From an uncultured Actinomycetes bacterium (GTDB lineage Bacteria; Actinomycetota; Thermoleophilia; Solirubrobacterales; Solirubrobacteraceae), in assembly GCA_963851015.1 (NCBI GenBank), contig CAWKNG010000001.1, forward strand, positions 41,751 to 73,750: a stretch of DNA of 32,000 bases, given 5' to 3'. This document shows positions 8,108 through 15,578 of the stretch, piece after piece (the first letter of the stretch is position 1; every line of letters starts with the position of its first letter). Position numbers and translations under genes: made by a program. The notes beneath the pieces are model-generated. The model was not told the origin of the DNA, did not search any database, and worked only from the letters and a program-made list of their open reading frames with translations.

Positions 8108-8925
8108 CCTCACTCCCACAGCAGCCCCGGGGTCATCGGCTGTTCGCATGCTACGCGTCCGCTCCCAACGCGCGTGGCTACTGCGGTCCTCCCGCAGGCG
8201 CCGCCGCTCTCCAGGCGGTCGCCTGTGGGGGCGGCGCGGGTGTCGACGTACGGACCCTCGCTACGCGATTCAGCGGTGCCTGGCCGTACCAGTGCCTCAT
8301 CGCCGAACAGGCAGGCATCGACGACCCGCTCGACGAACGCGTCGTGCGCGCCTACTGGACCGGCAACCACATGACGCACGAGATCGACGCGCGCCGACTC
8401 GGAGAACAGCTGCTCAGACGCTTCGCCGGACAGGCCGGCGGTTACTGGTCACACGTGAACGAGGAACTGCTCGACGAGGTCACGCCGACGCACGCCTTTC
8501 ACGTGCTCGGTGTCTATCCGTGGACGCGTCTGCTCGGCGAGCACGACGAGCCGCGCCAGGTGCTCGAAGCCTGCCTCGTCCGCCTAGCCGAGGTGCTCGA
8601 GGTGCGCGGCGACGCCGTCCTCGTGCGTGCCCGACGCCTCACGTGGGACGGCCGCCGGCTCGCACGCTCGCGGCCGGCGGAGGAGCAGGCGACGTGGCGC
8701 ACGGCACACGGCGCGTTCACTGGTCCGCTCCGGGCGGGCGACCAGGTCGCCCTGCACTGGGGGCACATCTGCGACGAGCTCGGCGTCACGGACGCGGCGC
8801 AGCTCGAGCATTGGACGGAGGTACAGATCGAGGCCACGAACCAGCGCCTGGACTCCTCGGCGCCGATCCGGCGGCCGGTCGGCGGGGGGACGCGTGAGTC
8901 GCTGCGCGCGGGGCGCGGGGGGTGA
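8104..8925 (+). CDS. conserved-looking hypothetical protein (273 aa), last gene of the hydrogenase cluster
   Basis: The ATG at 8104 overlaps the hypC stop (ATGA). Codon bias is high throughout. The sequence contains [18 protein letters not shown] and [16 protein letters not shown]. The 6727-8103 part of the track ORF is a shadow of the NHL gene. Confidence 0.7.
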   Translation: MTSLPQQPRGHRLFACYASAPNARGYCGPPAGAAALQAVACGGGAGVDVRTLATRFSGAWPYQCLIAEQAGIDDPLDERVVRAYWTGNHMTHEIDARRLGEQLLRRFAGQAGGYWSHVNEELLDEVTPTHAFHVLGVYPWTRLLGEHDEPRQVLEACLVRLAEVLEVRGDAVLVRARRLTWDGRRLARSRPAEEQATWRTAHGAFTGPLRAGDQVALHWGHICDELGVTDAAQLEHWTEVQIEATNQRLDSSAPIRRPVGGGTRESLRAGRGG

Positions 8926-9854
8926 CCGGAGCCGTGGCGGTGCCCGACCATGTGACCGCCGAGGACGACGCGGTGGGCGAGAGCGCCACGTTGCAGCTCG
9001 AGGCTGCCTCCGGCGATGTGGACTCCGATGCGCTCGCGCTGTTCCTCAGGAGCCTCGCGCGCATCCGCCTGTTGAGTCCCCGCGAGGAGCTCGAGCTCGC
9101 CAAGCGCATCGCCAACGGCGACCACGAGGCACGGCAGCGCCTCATCGAGTCCAACCTGCGGCTCGTCGTGTGGCTTGCCAAGGGCTACCGCAATCAGGGT
9201 CTGCCGTTCCCGGACCTCATCCAGGAGGGAACGCTCGGACTCGTCCGCGCGGCCGTGAAGTTCGACCATTGCCGGGGCTTCCGCTTCTCGACATACGCCA
9301 CGTGGTGGATCCGCCAGGCGATCACGCGCGCGCTTGCCAACAAGGCGCGCACGATCCGCATGCCGGTCTACGTCGTCGAGAAGCTCAATCGCATCACCCG
9401 CGCCGAGCGCGAGTTGTCCGTGGCGCTCGGGCGCGACCCGACGACTGCCGAGGTGGCCGGGCTGACCGGGCTCGAAGCCGCCGACATCGAGGCGATCATG
9501 CAGTGCGCGCAGCCACCGCTGTCGCTCGAGAAGCCGGTCGCGGACGACGACGAGCGCTGGTTCGGGCACCTCATCGCCGACGAGCGCGCGTCGTCGCCGT
9601 TCAACGGCGCGGCCGAGATGCTCAGGCGCGAGGCGCTGCACGACGCGCTCGGTCGCCTGCCGCCACGCGAACGGCACGTGCTCGAGCTGCGCTACGGCCT
9701 CGACGACGCCACGCCGCAGACGTACGATGAGATCGGCCGGCGACTCGGCGTCACACGCGAGCGCATCCGCCAACTCGAGAGCGCGAGCTTCAAGCGCCTT
9801 CGCGAGCAGGAGTGCGTGCGCGAGCTCTCGGCAAGCTGGGAACTCGCGGGTTGA
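8922..9854 (+). CDS. sigma70-family RNA polymerase sigma factor with regions 1.2, 2, 3 and 4 (group 2/3-like)
   Basis: Motifs present: [81 protein letters not shown] and [19 protein letters not shown]. The GTG at 8922 overlaps the previous stop (GTGA). Confidence 0.87.
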   Translation: MTGAVAVPDHVTAEDDAVGESATLQLEAASGDVDSDALALFLRSLARIRLLSPREELELAKRIANGDHEARQRLIESNLRLVVWLAKGYRNQGLPFPDLIQEGTLGLVRAAVKFDHCRGFRFSTYATWWIRQAITRALANKARTIRMPVYVVEKLNRITRAERELSVALGRDPTTAEVAGLTGLEAADIEAIMQCAQPPLSLEKPVADDDERWFGHLIADERASSPFNGAAEMLRREALHDALGRLPPRERHVLELRYGLDDATPQTYDEIGRRLGVTRERIRQLESASFKRLREQECVRELSASWELAG

Positions 9855-9927
9855 GCACGCTCGGCGCACACGTCCCGTACGAGCCGGCCGGATACGGTAT
9901 GTCCGACCGCCTCCAGGAGACCACGTC

Positions 9928-10140
9928 ATGTCCGACATCGCCAAGCGCCCCAACCGCACCCCCCGCCGCGTCCGCGAGAAGCGCGCCTATCAGCTGCTCA
10001 TGGTCGGAGGTGGGGCGGGCCTCGTGACGGTCGTCGGCTTCATGCTCGCGGTGATCGGCATCGGGAGCTTCGGGATTCCGGTCCTGGCCGCGATCATCGC
10101 GGCGATCTGCTTCATGCTGTTCAAGCGCACGACGTCGTAG
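9928..10140 (+). CDS. small membrane protein (70 aa)
   Basis: AGGAGA lies 8 nt upstream of the ATG. A basic N-terminus is followed by two hydrophobic segments (LLMVGGGAGLVTVVGFMLAVIGIGSFGIPVLAAIIAAICFMLF). Confidence 0.55.
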   Translation: MSDIAKRPNRTPRRVREKRAYQLLMVGGGAGLVTVVGFMLAVIGIGSFGIPVLAAIIAAICFMLFKRTTS

Positions 10141-10484
10141 TGACCGTCGTCGAGCGCCTGGCGGCGTATCCGATGACGTGGCCCGTGGCGTCGGGCTCGC
10201 TGATCGTCGGGTTCGCCGTCGCGCAGGCCACGGGCGTGCGGCCGCTGGGCGGGATCGTGCTCGCGCTCGGCGCGGGCTGGTGCGCGCTGCGCTGGCGACG
10301 CGGCGTCGGGACGGCACGCGCGGTCGCGCTCGTCGTCGTCTACCTCGCGGCGTTCGTCGCCTCGCATCTCATCGCCGACACCGTCGGCACGTGGGGCGCC
10401 GTCTTCCTCGTCTCGGCGCTCGTCGGCGTCGCGGCCCTGCTCGTCGCGGACCTGCCGGCCTCTCGCGGCGCCGTCGCGACCTGA
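10140..10484 (+). CDS. integral membrane protein (114 aa), unknown function
   Basis: The GTG overlaps the previous stop (TAGTG). The protein has 3-4 hydrophobic helices and good codon bias. Confidence 0.5.
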   Translation: MTVVERLAAYPMTWPVASGSLIVGFAVAQATGVRPLGGIVLALGAGWCALRWRRGVGTARAVALVVVYLAAFVASHLIADTVGTWGAVFLVSALVGVAALLVADLPASRGAVAT

Positions 10485-10487
10485 CGC

Positions 10488-11738
10488 TCAGGCCGCGGGC
10501 GGCGCGGCCGCGTTCGCGGCCGTGATCCGCGCGAAGGACTCGGGATCGGTCGGGGCCTCGGTGCAGATCGCGAGCGCGGCGGGAGTCGCGCCGAGCCCCA
10601 GGTGCTGCCAGCTGTCGTGCGGGCGGTGCTCGCGCAGCGCCAGCAGGCCCGCGACCCCGGAGGCACCGGTCTCGCCGCACGCGAGGCCCTCGGCGTGCAG
10701 CAGGCGTACCGCGCGCTCCGCGGCACGATCGTCGATCGCACAGAACGCCGCGATCCCACGCGTCATGTCGTCGAGCGCGACCCGCGAGGCGAGCCCGCAG
10801 TTCAACCCCGCCATGACGGAAGGGTGCGGCCCGGCGACGAGCACGAGCCCTCCCGCCCGCACGGCCTCCAGCGCGCACGCGGCATCGGCCGGCTCGACGC
10901 CGACGAGCAACCGACCCGGCGCGGCGAGGGCGCGCACGGCCGCCGACGCCAGCGCGCCGACGCCGATCTGCACGACGACGAGCTCCGGCGAGGCGGTCTC
11001 CGAAGCGGCGTCCTGACCTGCTGTCGTGCCGCGACCCGCGGGCAGGACGGTGTCGCCGGTCGCTGCTCGAAGCTGTGAGGCCAGCTCCTCGAAGATCGTC
11101 GCGTAGCCGTCGGCGACCCAGCGCGGGACGTCCTCGTAGCCCGGCCACGACGTGTCGGAGATGACGAGCGCGCGGTCGGACGCGGCGGCCGCCGACAGCG
11201 CGACGGCGTCGTCGTAGCTGCCGCGCACGACCTCGACCGCAGCGCCCTCGGCGGCGATCGCCTCGACCCGCGCGGCGGCCGTGCCCCGCGGGACGAGGAT
11301 CCGGGCGCCGAGACGCAGCAGGCGGGCCATGTGAGCGACCGCGCGGCCGTGGTTGCCGTCCGTCGCGGCGACGAGCGTCACGCCGGCCTGCGTCGTCGTC
11401 GCGAGCTCGTGCAGCGCCGCGAACGTCGGGGGCGGCTCGTCGCGGCCCGCCCGCGCGCCGAGCGCCCGGCAGACCGCCCATGACGCGCCGAGGATCTTGA
11501 ACGACGGCAGCCCGAAGCGCTCGACCTCCATCTTCATCGTGAGGCGCGCCAGTCCGAGCTTCGCGGCGACGCCGGGCGCCTGCGCGAGCGGGCTCGGGGC
11601 GTAGCCGGGCATGCTGCGGTGAAAGCGCGCCGGCCGCTCGTCGGCGGCTCGCGCGGGCGGCGCCGCGGCGCCGGCGTTGTCGAGGAAGTCGCGCAGGCTC
11701 GAGGCGGCCACGAGCGAAGTGTGACGGGTGTCGCTCAT
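10488..11738 (-). CDS. dpaL: diaminopropionate ammonia-lyase-like PLP enzyme (fold type II)
   Basis: FHRSMPGYAPSPL...MKMEVERFGLPSFKILGASWAV (PLP lysine in SFK) and ATDGNHGRAVAHMARLLG resemble the YgeX/DpaL N-terminal region. The start was chosen at ATG 11738 (MSDTRH...). The longer track ORF up to 11948 runs into intron sequence. Confidence 0.72.
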   Translation of the reverse strand: MSDTRHTSLVAASSLRDFLDNAGAAAPPARAADERPARFHRSMPGYAPSPLAQAPGVAAKLGLARLTMKMEVERFGLPSFKILGASWAVCRALGARAGRDEPPPTFAALHELATTTQAGVTLVAATDGNHGRAVAHMARLLRLGARILVPRGTAAARVEAIAAEGAAVEVVRGSYDDAVALSAAAASDRALVISDTSWPGYEDVPRWVADGYATIFEELASQLRAATGDTVLPAGRGTTAGQDAASETASPELVVVQIGVGALASAAVRALAAPGRLLVGVEPADAACALEAVRAGGLVLVAGPHPSVMAGLNCGLASRVALDDMTRGIAAFCAIDDRAAERAVRLLHAEGLACGETGASGVAGLLALREHRPHDSWQHLGLGATPAALAICTEAPTDPESFARITAANAAAPPAA

Positions 11739-12311
11739 GCGGCCGGCGCGCCAGGTTAGGGTGCGCGGCATGTTGCGTCCTGCAAGCTGGATCAGGCCGG
11801 CGGGTGGGAGTCCCGTCCCGGTAGGCGCCGGAGCGCCGGGTAGCAGGCCCCGGTTCGTCATCGAGAGGTGGCGGGCTGAGCGGGGTGTCGAGAGCCTCTT
11901 TGGAGGGAGCAGGCGCGTGGGCTGGGATTGCAGCCTCGTCAGACTCACGATCGGGGAGCCGAGCCGCTCATGTCACGGCGAAGGCCATGTCTGTCAGTCC
12001 CATTCCGGAATTGGGTGCGGCGGGTCCCTGCGGGGTAGGGAGACTTGCACGCGCGCAAGGTCTGATCACGGAACAGGAGAGGCCCGTCTGTGCAGCCTCG
12101 TCAGCAAGGACCGCTTGTATGAGCCGATGGCGAAAGCGGGCGGAGGTCAGCGGGAGTCCGAGGGGGTCGTAGTAGTGATGATCGGTGTGCAGAACAACGC
12201 GCCGGGAGCGAAGGACCCCTGCTTTGATCGTGTGTGCGGCGGAGGTAAGCGTTAGGGCATGGTCGCCATGGCGCGATCCAACGACCTCGGCGAGCAGACG
12301 CTCGTCGACCC

Positions 12312-13086
12312 GTGCGTCGGTCGGTGTTGAGGGCTGGTGGCGGGGACGTGCGAGAACTTCAACGCACGCTATACGCATGTGCAAAGCGGTCCCCGGAGCG
12401 CCGTTTCCACGCGCTGTTTGACCGTGTCTGCAGGAGTGACGTCCTGCGGGAGGCGTGGCGACGGGTCAAGGGGAACCGTGGGGCGGCCGGCGTCGACAAG
12501 CAGACGTTGGCTGAGATCGAGGCGTATGGCGTCGAGCGGTTGCTCGGCGAGTTGCAGTGCGCGCTTCGAGAGGGAACGTATCGTCCTGCGCCCGTTCGGC
12601 GCGTGACGATTGCCAAGTCAGATGGTGGCCGCAGGCCGCTTGGCATCCCGACGGTGCGTGACCGTGTCGTTGAGCAGGCGACGAGGCTGGTGGTGGAGCC
12701 GATCTTCGAGGCCGACTTCTTGTCGGTGTCGTACGGGTTTCGCCCGAAGCGGTCGGCTACGGACGCAGCGGAACGCATCCGAGTCGCGTTCCCGCGCGGA
12801 AACGTGTGGGTCGTTGAGGCCGATATCCGTGACTACTTCGGCTCGATCGATCAGCACAAGCTGCTGGCGTTCGTCGCTGAACGGGTGTCGGATCGGCGGG
12901 TGCTCAAGCTGCTGCGACAGTGGCTTGAGGCGGGGGTGATGGAGGACGGGGTGTTCTCAGAGACGGTCTCGGGGACGCCGCAGGGCGGCGTGATTTCGCC
13001 GCTGCTGTCCAACATCTACCTGCACGCGTTCGATCGGGCGATGACCGCGCGTGGCGTCGGCGAGCTTGTCCGTTACGCGGACGACT
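12312..13086 (+). pseudogene. outer-intron RT/maturase, 5' part (RT domains 0-5, ending at the YADD motif)
   Basis: Motifs present: [86 protein letters not shown] and LVRYADD. Protein-like sequence stops abruptly after YADD at 13086, where GTGCG of the inner intron begins. Confidence 0.78.
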
Positions 13087-13699
13087 GTGCGCCGAGAGCG
13101 CAGAAGGAGGAGCTGAGTAGAAGCGGTATCCGACGGATGCGGTGCTGCACGAGAGATGAAGGAGCCGGGCCGTGTGGCTTGGTGGCCCTTCGCGGTCGCC
13201 CTGCAGGGGGAGGCCGCAAACCACCGCGAGGTGCGCCGGTCAAGAGCCGGGGTGCTGAGCTCGCGGAAACGGCGCGCCATCGAGCGTGTCAGGTGCAGAT
13301 CACGAAGGCGAGCGAGAGCGAACCGCTGATGAGGCGTCGAAAGCGTATCGGCGACATCGAAACCGGGGTCGAGTCGTTGCTCCGGGATGAGCCTGGCGGG
13401 TGCCTGCTGATTGGCCAGGCGGTGTCCGGCGTGAAGGTGGCGCGAGCGTGGTCTGGGCTCTTGTGTGGAACTCGGGAACCTGTCGCCCCGACGGGGCGGT
13501 CGGCCAGTGGAGCGGGTGTGGCCTGCGGCCGGTCGGTTCAGGCGAGAACCCCAAGCAGCGGGAACTGCGAGGGGGAGAGTAGCTGTGCGGGGCACAGGGG
13601 CGGACCGTCTCGTAGTAGCGCTGAAGGCCCGGTAATCGGGCTGGAGCGAAGGGGACGGGTCGTCCGGGCTGGCTTGGCGATCAACCGCGGTGACGTGGG

Positions 13700-14977
13700 A
13701 TGAGTCGGGTGAGTGAGCCAAAGCCGAAGTCGTTTGAGATCTCCAAGCGGGCCGTTTGGGAGGCCTATCGGAGGGTCAAGGCGAACAAGGGCGCCGCCGG
13801 CGTTGACGAGCAGTCGATCGAGGAGTTCGAGCAGGACCTTTCCAGGAACCTGTACAAGCTCTGGAATCGGCTGTCGTCGGGAAGCTATTTCCCGCCGCCG
13901 GTGCGCGCGGTCGCGATCCCCAAGCGCGACGGCAGCTCGAGGATCCTCGGGGTGCCGACCGTCGCTGACCGGATCGCACAAACGGTCGTGCGCTCGTACT
14001 TGGAGCCGTCGGTGGAGCCGGTGTTCCACGAGGACTCCTACGGGTATCGGCCGGGGCGCTCCGCGCATCACGCGCTGGGGGTCTGCCGTGAGCGGTGTTG
14101 GCGCAACGACTGGGTGCTCGACATGGACATCCGGAAGTTCTTCGACACCGTCCGGTGGGACTTCACGCTCAAGGCGGTCGCCCACCACACCGATCAGCGC
14201 TGGATTGTCCTCTACGTGGAGCGGTGGCTCAAAGCGCCGCTACAGACCGAAGACGGCAGCCTGGTCGAGCGAGATCGCGGAACCCCGCAGGGCTCGGCGA
14301 TCTCACCGTTGCTCGCCAACATGTTCATGCACTACGCGTTTGATGCGTGGATGGCGCGGGAGCACCCGGCCGTCGCGTTTGAGCGCTACTGCGACGACAT
14401 CATTGTCCACGCTCGAAGCGAGCGGCAGGCCCTGCAGCTGCGGGCCAAGGTCGCGTCGCGGCTGGCGGAGTGCGGGCTACAGCTCAACGAGCAGAAGACC
14501 CGCATCGTGTACTGCAAGGACGACGACCGGCGAGGCTCGTACGAGCACACGTCGTTTGACTTTCTTGGCTACACGTTCCGTCCGCGGCTGTCGAAGAACC
14601 GGTTCGGGAAGCACTTCCTGAACTTCTCTCCGGCGGTCTCGGGTGAGGCGAAGACGCGGATGCGGCGCGAGATGCGCAGCTGGGGCGTCGCTCGCCGCTC
14701 GGACAAGACCCTCACGGACCTGGCGCTGATGTTCAACCTTCAGCTCCGCGGCTGGATCAACTACTACGGGCGCTTCTACAAGTCCATGTTGTATCCGGTC
14801 TTCCGCCACTTCAACGACACGCTCGTGAGGTGGGCCATGCGGAAATACAAACGCTTGCGCCGCCATAAGAGCCGGGCGCGGAGGTTCATCGCTGACGTCG
14901 CGAGACGCCAGCCCGGCCTGTTCGCGCACTGGCGCTGGGGGCTGCGCCCTGACGGCTGGACGATGGGAGCCGGATGA
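13700..14977 (+). CDS. group II intron reverse transcriptase/maturase (no HNH endonuclease domain)
   Basis: Motifs present: [71 protein letters not shown] (YxDD), [16 protein letters not shown] and the maturase motif [13 protein letters not shown]. The stop codon lies inside domain V. Confidence 0.92.
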   Translation: MSRVSEPKPKSFEISKRAVWEAYRRVKANKGAAGVDEQSIEEFEQDLSRNLYKLWNRLSSGSYFPPPVRAVAIPKRDGSSRILGVPTVADRIAQTVVRSYLEPSVEPVFHEDSYGYRPGRSAHHALGVCRERCWRNDWVLDMDIRKFFDTVRWDFTLKAVAHHTDQRWIVLYVERWLKAPLQTEDGSLVERDRGTPQGSAISPLLANMFMHYAFDAWMAREHPAVAFERYCDDIIVHARSERQALQLRAKVASRLAECGLQLNEQKTRIVYCKDDDRRGSYEHTSFDFLGYTFRPRLSKNRFGKHFLNFSPAVSGEAKTRMRREMRSWGVARRSDKTLTDLALMFNLQLRGWINYYGRFYKSMLYPVFRHFNDTLVRWAMRKYKRLRRHKSRARRFIADVARRQPGLFAHWRWGLRPDGWTMGAG

Positions 14978-15000
14978 GCCGAGAGGTTCACGTCCGGTTC
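14967..15000 (+). ncRNA. group II intron domain V (inner intron)
   Basis: The 34-nt sequence is GAGCCGGAUGAGCCGAGAGGUUCACGUCCGGUUC. It has a 10-bp lower helix containing the AGC triad paired to GUU, a 2-nt CA bulge, a 4-bp upper helix and a GAGA (GNRA) tetraloop. Confidence 0.88.
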
Positions 15001-15003
15001 TGC

Positions 15004-15037
15004 GAGCGCCGGGAGGTGCGATCCCTCCCGGCGACTC
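15004..15037 (+). ncRNA. group II intron domain VI with bulged branch-point A (inner intron)
   Basis: GAGCGCCGGGAGG pairs with CCUCCCGGCG-A-CUC to form a 13-bp helix with a single unpaired A at 15034. That A lies 6-7 nt from the inferred 3' splice site. Confidence 0.65.
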
Positions 15038-15040
15038 ACC

Positions 15041-15489
15041 TCGTTGTGCTGTGCCGGTCTGAGCACGACGCGAACGCGGCTCTTGAGGTGGCCGGGGAGA
15101 TCCTCGGCGATCTGGGGCTCAAGTACCTGCATCGCTGGCCCGCGCAACGCTCGCTGAAGCGCCTGCGAGCCAAGGTCAAGGCCAAGACCGGCCGCAACCG
15201 CGTCGGGGTCGGTGATATCCGCGTGCTGATCGCGGAGCTCAACCCGATTCTGCGTGGCTGGGGCAACTACTTTCGGACCGGCAACGCCGCCGAGAAGTTC
15301 AGGACGATCGACCGCTACGTCGCGTGGCGCCTCAAACGCTTGCTGACCAAGCGCAAGGGCCGCAACCTGCACGCGGCGAGTTCGCCGCCTGGACAGATGA
15401 CTGGCTTGTCGGCCTCGGGCTGCATCGGCTCCGGGGCACGATCCGCTACCCCGGGGTCGCGTAGGCCATGCGAAGAAGATCATCGGTAA
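15041..15489 (+). pseudogene. outer-intron RT/maturase, 3' part, with an internal deletion and a frameshift
   Basis: It continues (F)VVLCRSEHDANAALEVAGEILGDLGLK and then jumps straight to the thumb/X region (YLHRWPAQRSLKRLR...LNPILRGWGNYFRTGNA), lacking the KT..V and F.FLG motifs. After ...KRKGRNLHA the codon-biased frame shifts at about 15373-15377. The shifted frame reads GEFAAWTDDWLVGLGLHRLRGTIRYPGVA and ends with a stop at 15462-15464. Confidence 0.7.
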
Positions 15490-15520
15490 GCCGTGTGCGG
15501 GAAAACCGCACGCACGGAAT
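15488..15520 (+). ncRNA. domain-V-like hairpin of the outer intron, with disrupted basal pairing
   Basis: AAGCCGUGUGCGG-GAAAA-CCG-CA-CGCACGGAAU has the same architecture as domain V: lower helix, CA bulge, short upper helix and purine loop. However, the A and G of the AGC triad face A-A instead of U-U. Confidence 0.4.
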
Positions 15521-15578
15521 TGAAAGGGGAACGGGGAACCAGACCCGCCGCTGGCGGGCACTGCGCCCCTGACTACCA

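Larger units (their letters stand above)
13087..15040 (+). mobile_element. inner group II intron, apparently intact (boundaries +/-1 nt)
   Basis: The 5' end is GTGCGCC at 13087. The intact RT/maturase ORF spans 13700-14977. Canonical domain V is at 14967-15000 and domain VI, with bulged A15034, is at 15004-15037. Removing 13087-15040 restores ...RYADD-F-VVLCRSE... in the outer RT. The alternative 13086-15039 gives YADD-L-VV. Confidence 0.82.
11761..15576 (+). mobile_element. outer group II intron, apparently decayed, carrying a nested second intron
   Basis: GTGCG at 11761 lies about 550 nt upstream of an RT ORF, comparable to 613 nt in the inner intron. The split RT/maturase ORF spans 12312-13086 and 15041-15464/15489. 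A domain-V-like hairpin lies at 15488-15520. The 3' end ...CCCCUGACUAC at about 15576 resembles the inner intron's ...GGCGACUCAC(C). Both boundaries are approximate. Confidence 0.6.

Noticed and set aside
9899-9936. A duplicated 9-mer ATGTCCGAC at 9899 and 9928, giving two possible starts in different frames.
   Set aside because: Only the 9928 frame has an SD (AGGAGA) and yields a hydrophobic, codon-biased product. The 9899 frame gives a Pro/Ser/Ala-rich shadow. The duplication is probably coincidental.
11929-12094. An exact 14-nt direct repeat TGCAGCCTCGTCAG (11929-11942 and 12081-12094).
   Set aside because: It lies inside the presumed domain I-III RNA of the outer intron. It is most simply part of ribozyme helices or a small internal duplication, and I could not tie it to an independent function.
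12312-13703. The track shows a single 463-aa protein here.
   Set aside because: Only residues up to YADD (13086) are RT-like. Beyond that the frame reads through the 5' ribozyme RNA of the inserted intron, which starts GTGCG at 13087, and the translation becomes non-protein-like.
13700-14977. The reverse transcriptase as a possible retron, DRT, Abi or other defence-type RT system.
   Set aside because: It carries the group II maturase/X motif ([11 protein letters not shown]). It is embedded between a GUGCG 5' end and canonical domains V and VI. No msr/msd-like repeats or effector gene are adjacent. It is therefore an intron-encoded protein.
14974-15489. A 171-aa ORF as an independent gene.
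   Set aside because: Its first ~22 codons cover domains V and VI of the inner intron. The remainder is the 3' continuation of the interrupted outer-intron RT and then out-of-frame tail sequence.
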